Source: Eledone cirrhosa
Taxonomy: Eukaryota
Length of the DNA: 64,000 nucleotides
NCBI GenBank assembly: GCA_964016885.1
Contig: OZ024740.1
Coordinates: 374,294,001-374,358,000, forward strand
Direction of reading: 5' to 3'
In this document: piece by piece, positions 56,640 to 64,000 of the stretch
Layout of the letters: the number at the start of each line of letters is the position of its first letter
Position numbering within the stretch: position 1 is the stretch's first letter
Made by a program: the position numbers and the translations under genes
The notes under the pieces: generated by a model
Databases searched by the model: none
What the model was told of the DNA's origin: nothing
What the model saw: the letters and a program-made list of their open reading frames with translations, nothing else

Positions 56640-57330
56640 AGGAATCATGCAGCACGATCCGGTGTTCCGGGCGGCAACTAACCAAATCTTCAACTATATC
56701 GGAGCTACGACTAATTATTTTAAGAATCACTGGTACAATCACTCACACCTTTAGGAGAGTGGATAAAAAAACCACCACCACCCTCACCAAACTGATGTGG
56801 CGTCTAAAGCATTACAACATGGAATACATCTTGTCGTTGTCCAAGGTTCCTTTAGCCCTACCCACAGAGAATGAGAGCATGGAAGATGCAATCTATGTGT
56901 CACTGGGATTATGGAGATAATCGAAACGGGAACACGTGTTATCAATAAACGGAGTAACCTATTTAGCAGCTGCCACCACAGCTCAACTGGAACCTTGCTC
57001 ACACTGTACGGATTAACAACAGAATTGTACTGGTTGAAGGCCAGTGCAAAACTTGACCGGACGTGGCCACACAACGAACCAAGCCTCAGGTGAACCCTGG
57101 ATAGTTTGTATGCCCGCCTGGTCTCTTTCAGGGTCCGTGTTTTTTATCCCTTCGTTCCTTGTTCCTCGTATACCTACTGTTGTATTTATGTATAATCTTT
57201 GTTCCATTTGTTATGTTCTCTACATGGGTGCCTGAATTTATATATGTATGTTTGTTTTTTGTCCCGATTTTCCCTTCCTACAGCTCACTTACAAAGTCTA
57301 GAAGTCCTTTTTGTCGGACATGTTTGATAG
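56640..57330 (+). mobile_element. L1/Tx1-like LINE 3' end
   Basis: Decayed C-terminal region (ET..H-like, W-rich end) followed by a T-rich 3' UTR. Confidence 0.35.
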
Positions 57331-58520
57331 TATTAATACCATTGTAGTTACAACTGACTGTTATTGTGGTTAGTTATTTTCTTCACTGTGATTATTGCCT
57401 GCCTTGTGCCTTACGGTGGAAGCGAGGATTGTCATGATTATTATGTTACTAATGTAAGAATTTGTTTTCGGTGACCCAAAACACCAGGCCAATTTTGTTG
57501 CCGTCATTGCAGTGGTGGGTTCATTACTGGTATTGTTATCGTTTGTTGGTGTTGTCACTGTCATGATTTCGGGTAGTATGTACTTGCTGCCATTAATTGG
57601 GTACTAATATCATTGATACCACTACTACAGCGACGAAAGTTGTGGGCTAAGGGCGGTGTTAATGTTGTTGCGGTTATTATTGTTGATGTTGCTGTGGTCT
57701 TGAGGAAAGATGCCAACAAGTCTGTGTATCGCTCTACTTCAGTCATGTTTATTGGTGTGGCTGTTGTTATCGTTGTTGTTGTCAGCAGGGTAGTACTATC
57801 TCTCCGACTGTTGCGTCCAATACAGGTGACGTTTGTCGGTGTTTACCGTTGTTGTCGTTGTTGTTGTTGTTGTTGCTGTTGTTGTTGTTGTTGTTGTAGC
57901 TGTTTGCTGTGGCTGTTGTTATCGTTGTTGTTGTCAGCGGCGTAGTACTATCACAACGAGTGCTGCGGCCACTGTAGGCGGCGTTGGTCGGTGTTTGCTG
58001 TTGTTGTCGGTGTTTCTGTCGTTGTTTTTGTTGTTGTTGTTACGGTAGCTGTTGTCTTGAATATGGCTGAAACAAACAATATACCCCACCCTCCCTCAGA
58101 TTTCCATGTATTCCTTCCACTATCTACTGGACTCCGGCTAAGCTAGATTTTCCTTTGCAACAGATCAACACAGCATACTTGAGAGATTACCACTCTGCTG
58201 ATATACGACCTCAACCCCACGGGGTTGTGTGAATCCTGATCTCACTAATTGACACGTGGATGGCACCTTACTCCAGTAAAGGCGACGGCTGGGAGTCCCT
58301 TTCACGAACTCATATGCCTGCTGGACCCACGAGCAGAAGGACGTGTGACTATTTCCATGTCGACATCATATCACTAAATTGGATTTCATCTCAGGGTGGC
58401 GTTCTCATAACAACAACAAATGCAGGAAAGACTGCGTGGGGGACCCGTTCAAATAATTATAACGATTAAACGATTCATGTAACTTCTGCATCTTTATTTT
58501 TGTTACACACACACACACAC

Positions 58521-58585
<65 letters not shown>

Positions 58586-58960
58586 TAACAGATTAAAGTT
58601 TAAACAATGAATTGCTGGTTTCACCCTTAACGAGATCTCTTTGGATGTTAGTCTTAAAATTTATAATTATTATTATTATATATATATATATATATATAGT
58701 TTTGCGAGGTTTTTTATATGAAATCGTGTGTCGAAACAGATATTGTTATATTTGGGGAGGGTCATATTTGCGTAATATTGCCAGAATTAATAACAGAACA
58801 CACTCACTGTTTGGTTGGTTTTCGCTTCTCGCTGTCTTTTATATATATATATCTGCGATCTAACTTACTCGGTCCTCAATGTTGCCATTGACTGACCGGC
58901 GGTCAAAAATAATACAGATACAATATAGACAAACACATATATATATAGTTTACATAATTT

Positions 58961-59000
58961 ACATAAATCTTTCGTTGCACATCTGCAACATCGTCAGTGG
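58961..59000 (-). ncRNA. Minimal HHR motif (inverted pLTR)
   Basis: Reverse complement: cca CTGACGA tGTTGCA gatg TGCAAC GAAA gatt TA tg. Confidence 0.6.
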
Positions 59001-59086
59001 TGTTATATTCATTGTTCCTCCTGTTGTGTTGTATGTCTACGCCATTTTTTTTTTTTTTTTGTTCAGTCTGTCTATACGAAGGAGCC

Positions 59087-59788
59087 ATGGAAAAGTATAA
59101 GACCCTCATAGAACTGGACATGAAAGGAATTTGCCCACTATACAGGAGCAAATCATGGAATAGCTTAGATAGGGCTAGACATAAGATAGGGAAGGCCACA
59201 TCATGGTACGACAACCAGAGATATCAGAGTGTCATGTTTGTGGACGCCACCCCTGGAGGGAAATTAGCTAACCAGTGTAGAAAGGCCCTGAGAAAGACCC
59301 ACTTAAAAATAAAGGTGGTAGAAAAGCCAGGAACCACCATAAAATCCCTGATCAGCAAAACCTACCCTTTTAAGAAAACCCACTGTACCAATAGGAAATG
59401 TATCATATGTAAGGTGAACCCCCGGATAAACTGTAAAACTAGAAACGTAGTCTATAGCATAAGATGTACAGAGGGTACTTGCAGAAACACGACAACAACA
59501 TACATAGGTGAGACAGCTCGTAGCATAGGTGAAAGGATAGACCAACACTGGTGGGAACTAAAAGGACGAAAAAACGGGTCAGTACTATACGAACATGCTA
59601 GACAACAACATGACGGTAACATAGACAACATAGAAATTAGAATAATATCTAAACATAGGAATGACCCAGCAGATAGGCAAATCAGAGAGGCCAGTGAAAT
59701 AGAAATTAGAAGACCAAAGCTAAACAGAAAGAATGAGTGGAACAACAACAACACCCAAACAAACAACACTGACCTAAGAGAAGTATAA
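59087..59788 (+). CDS. C-terminal part of a PLE ORF: Cys-rich linker + GIY-YIG endonuclease (233 aa from the internal ATG)
   Basis: C..RKCIIC..C; NVVYSIRC..YIGETARSIGERIDQH; RQIREA..I..LNRKNEW. Confidence 0.8.
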   Translation: MEKYKTLIELDMKGICPLYRSKSWNSLDRARHKIGKATSWYDNQRYQSVMFVDATPGGKLANQCRKALRKTHLKIKVVEKPGTTIKSLISKTYPFKKTHCTNRKCIICKVNPRINCKTRNVVYSIRCTEGTCRNTTTTYIGETARSIGERIDQHWWELKGRKNGSVLYEHARQQHDGNIDNIEIRIISKHRNDPADRQIREASEIEIRRPKLNRKNEWNNNNTQTNNTDLREV

Positions 59789-60061
59789 ATAAATAAGTAA
59801 ATTAAATTAAATAAAATAAGATAAATAAATACATACACAAGCACATAAACACACACTAGTCACCCAGCAGACACAACACTATACACACTAGTCACACATC
59901 ACACATAACACTATACACACACGCAAACGCATGCGCAAAGAAGACAAAATAAAATAAGATAAACAAACAAGCAAATAAAAAAATAAATATATAGACAGAC
60001 TGAACAAAAAAAAAAAATGGCGTAGACATACAACACAACAGGAGGAACAATGAATATAACA

Positions 60062-60101
60062 CCACTGACGATGTTGCAGATGTGCAACGAAAGATTTATG
60101 T
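60062..60101 (+). ncRNA. Minimal HHR motif (3' pLTR)
   Basis: cca CTGACGA tGTTGCA gatg TGCAAC GAAA gatt TA tg. Confidence 0.6.
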
Positions 60102-60314
60102 AAATTATGTAAACTATATATATATGTGTTTGTCTATATTGTATCTGTATTATTTTTGACCGCCGGTCAGTCAATGGCAACATTGAGGACCGAGTAAGTT
60201 AGATCGCAGATATATATATATAAAAGACAGCGAGAAGCGAAAACCAACCAAACAGTGAGTGTGTTCTGTTATTAATTCTGGCAATATTACGCAAATATGA
60301 CCCTCCCCAAATAT

Positions 60315-60352
<38 letters not shown>

Positions 60353-60633
60353 GTGTATGTCTATGTGTATTGGAGATCATCATGAAAAACAATACATCAG
60401 AGCAATACCCAACGATGATGTTTATTAGTATGACACTTGCTATATTCGGAAGAGAATATTAAAGATTCTCACGTTGGACGTCCATCAGAGGATGGAATGA
60501 TAGATAGAAGTGGGGATAGGAGTATAAGAGAAATAAGGAGAAAAAAGACGTAGAAACAACATTTTTCACGGCAAAAAAGCATGCGATATGTATGTACACA
60601 CACACACACACACGCGCGCGCGCGCACACACAG

Positions 60634-60736
<103 letters not shown>

Positions 60737-61236
60737 TGTGCTTGAGTTTGAATGTGCGTCCGTTTATGTGTATATGAAGACCTCCTTTGCGGAAGAATTG
60801 CTTTTTTTTTTTTCAATTTACTTGTACGATTTCCTGTAGATAATAATATGTCCCATTGCGATATGAAACATCTTTTCTTTGGTGCCAGAACACGTAGAAG
60901 TTAAACGTGTCTATTTTGTGAACAATATCGTGTTCCCCTGTCAATTGTTGTAAATAAATACGTGACTTGGAAATTGTTTGTAAACGCGTCGACCGATTTT
61001 GGACGATAATTGATTAAGTCTATCTTGGCTTATGCTGTAGGAATGTGATTCGTCCTGATACTTAGGATAAAGGTAAATCTGTCAGTGTAACACACGGTTT
61101 AATTGAAAAAAAAAACCTTCCGCGGGTTGGGCAATTGAAACACTCATCATATATTTATATATATTGAAGGAGATACATTTTAACATTTTATCTACACGTA
61201 TATATAAATGTATATATAAATGTACACACACACATA

Positions 61237-61283
<47 letters not shown>

Positions 61284-63084
61284 GTGTGTGTGTATGTGTA
61301 TGTGTGTGATTGTGTGTGTGTGTATAAGTATATGTGTGTGTGTGTGCCTGTGTACATCTCAGCTTGTATGCTTGTGTAAGTTTCTCTGTGTGTATCTATC
61401 TTGTGTTAACATCAAGGTGCATACGTCATGTCTTCGTAGCACCTGAAGTATAGTGTCCTATTTATTTCAGCAAATTGATAATACGCTGCTGCAGTAATAT
61501 TTTTCACATTGGTATAGTCTTTATTAGAAGTGTTTAATTGACACTCTTGAGAATATTAAACTGACTTTCAATTTTCACCTCTCTCTGTTTCTAGCACTCA
61601 CAACATTTTGTCAGCAATTTTACTTAAAATATAAACCACGTGTGAACATAATGTTTCAAACATTTAGCTTTCTATGCGAAGATAAAGAAACAATGTATTT
61701 GACTTTTGAAAAATAATGAAATTGTTGGATAAATATTTATCAAATTTTAAGAACACCCGTATGTACCATAATTTATAAGATAGGATTCATTACTATGGAA
61801 ATGTTCTAAAATTGTTTTCAGATGGGGGTGGGGTGTGTGTGTGTTAGGGATATTTAAAAATGATTTCACTACGACAGTTAACTGACTGTCTTATTGGATT
61901 TTACATGCATATCATACAGTGAAAGAAACGGTACTACTCATATAACTTACCATCTGCGTTCTGGAAAGTATGTCTTTCAGAATGCAAACGATGGATGGTA
62001 TACATCAGATCATTTAGTCTCATGGTATATTCATTTACCCAATACACTACTGTAGATTTATACATTATTTGTCGTTCCCGAAGTATTTTATAGCAAATTT
62101 GATTTTGGTGAAATTTGAGTTAAAGCCAGAAATATATGACGCATATCGCACAAGACAATCTATCCAGTTCTATAACACGTCTGCACATAAACATTGAAAT
62201 GTTACCAGAGGTAGCAAAACTAGTAGCAGCATAATGAAACTAGGATTACAGCCTAAATAATTCCAATATTACTATGACACATTTCGGTTTTCCTCGCATG
62301 ATGATCGTTACTATGAGATAGTTTTATTCCGGGTTCTGTGATTTATTCGGAACACCGGTATTCTCTTGATAAAATATTTCAAACAATGCATGCGTTTCTC
62401 CACAAGAAGTTGTGAGTAGGATTGTATCTGCTCCGTATCTTTTTAAACTGCACAAGAATGGCAGGAATTGATCTCTCAGAATTTCAGCTGATCCATTGTG
62501 ACCATCAAATATTAGAGGCTGTATTTCATCAGTACACAACCACGCAAACAAACAATAACCATATTGTTTGTGTATCTTGTGGAGGAAAATAGTACGTGTC
62601 AATGATTATAGAAAATATGTCACGCATATCTGTAAATATGTTCCTTTCGTCAAGCGTCAAATGTCTGCATGAGACCTCGGGATCAAATTCCATAAGCAGA
62701 GATATTGTAAACAGAATGACTTATAACATGCAGGTTTACTTGTGTTATTAGATAAATGGAGAAATGACATAATTTGGTAAACATAAGTGTATGCGAGAAA
62801 TTGTCGTATATCTCCTAGTTGCCATGAGTATATCCGGTCAATTACTCATGCAACAACATGAATGCATAGAAAGAAATTGAAAGAAAAACTTATGATAAGT
62901 AGAGTACTGCATGTGTATGTCCATTGGTCTGATATTTGCATAAGGATAGTGAACACGTCTTGAGATGTAAAGAGTCCACAAGTAGGACAGTATTGAAGTT
63001 TAGGTATTTATTTGATGATTGATTTCCACCTCTGTAGAACTTTCTCACTCTCTCTCTCTCTCTATATATATATATTATATTCTA

Positions 63085-63297
63085 GTCGATCGACTTTCGT
63101 CAAATCGGACCGAGGAAACTATGTTTCCGTTGGTCTTTCCAATTGCTAATACTATCTATCGGTCGCAACTCCAGGTAGAAGGAGCAACGTGAAATAAAGT
63201 GTCTTGCTCAAGGACATAACGCATCGCCTGGTTCAGGAATCGAACTCACAACCTCACGATTGTGAATCCAATACTCTAACCACTCAGCCACACGCCT
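63085..63297 (-). mobile_element. tRNA-derived CORE-type SINE
   Basis: Reverse complement GGCGTGTGGCTGAGTGG..GAGTTCGATTCC..TGTCCTTGAGCAAGACACTTT; homologous to 15998-16215. Confidence 0.85.
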
Positions 63298-63300
63298 TCA

Positions 63301-63525
<225 letters not shown>

Positions 63526-64000
63526 AAATATATATATATATAATAATAATTAAACGAAATCATATGTATATTTTAAAGTCTGAAAACCCACAACACCACA
63601 AATTCCAAGCCCTGGGTATTTGTTTGATATTTGTTGAAGTGTTTCGTATTCAGCATGTCAAAGAGTCTTTATTCCTGTCGTGTCTGCAAAAGAATTGATT
63701 TGAAATTATCCATGTTTTCCTCCTTAACTAATCTACAAATTTGTTTAACACATGAACATTAATAGGATAGAGACATTTAGATATTCTTAATAAAGAGACT
63801 CACGGAAGATGTTAAAATTCTTATGTTTTAAATTCGAATCTTGCCGATATTAATGGCAAATCTCATCGCCTAACATTTGTTCACGTTAGTAGCCATATCA
63901 AGCATTATTTCAATTCAATTAACAGCATTCATCATCTATTTAAACATGCACTGAGACATAATAATTATTTAATATACTGATTTATGATAACTTCAACGTG

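Larger units (their letters stand above)
58697..60321 (+). mobile_element. Young 5'-truncated PLE (Neptune/Nematis-like) with an inverted upstream pLTR and a downstream pLTR
   Basis: 58740-59076 is an essentially exact reverse complement of 59990-60321; GIY-YIG ORF in between; (TA)n on both sides. Confidence 0.9.

Overview
This is AT-rich, microsatellite-dense animal intergenic or intronic DNA. The SINE families and (TA)n/(CA)n density most resemble an octopus or other coleoid cephalopod (inference). No host protein-coding gene can be called with confidence. The window is dominated by retroelements, especially Penelope-like elements (PLEs). These include one apparently intact Naiad-type PLE (797-aa RT + GIY-YIG ORF, 19836-22229, followed by a hammerhead-containing pLTR), several decayed or inverted PLE copies, decayed CR1, R4/Dong, RTE, Tx1 and CRE LINEs, a mariner remnant and tRNA-derived SINEs. 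The main hidden signal is RNA-level. I find about 17 type-I hammerhead ribozyme (HHR) motifs (CUGANGA...GAAA...UH) from about 10 sequence families, many with family-specific palindromic stem III. Several lie in non-coding 400-530 nt terminally redundant units that look like non-LTR retrozymes. One such family (three copies: 6600-7084, 38851-39507, 43601-44050) shares a conserved ATGCAAAT octamer 80-95 nt upstream of the ribozyme and a 3'-terminal hairpin abutting (TA)n. This suggests a self-transcribing, PLE-mobilised ribozyme RNA family. All structures were folded by eye. No database searches were run.
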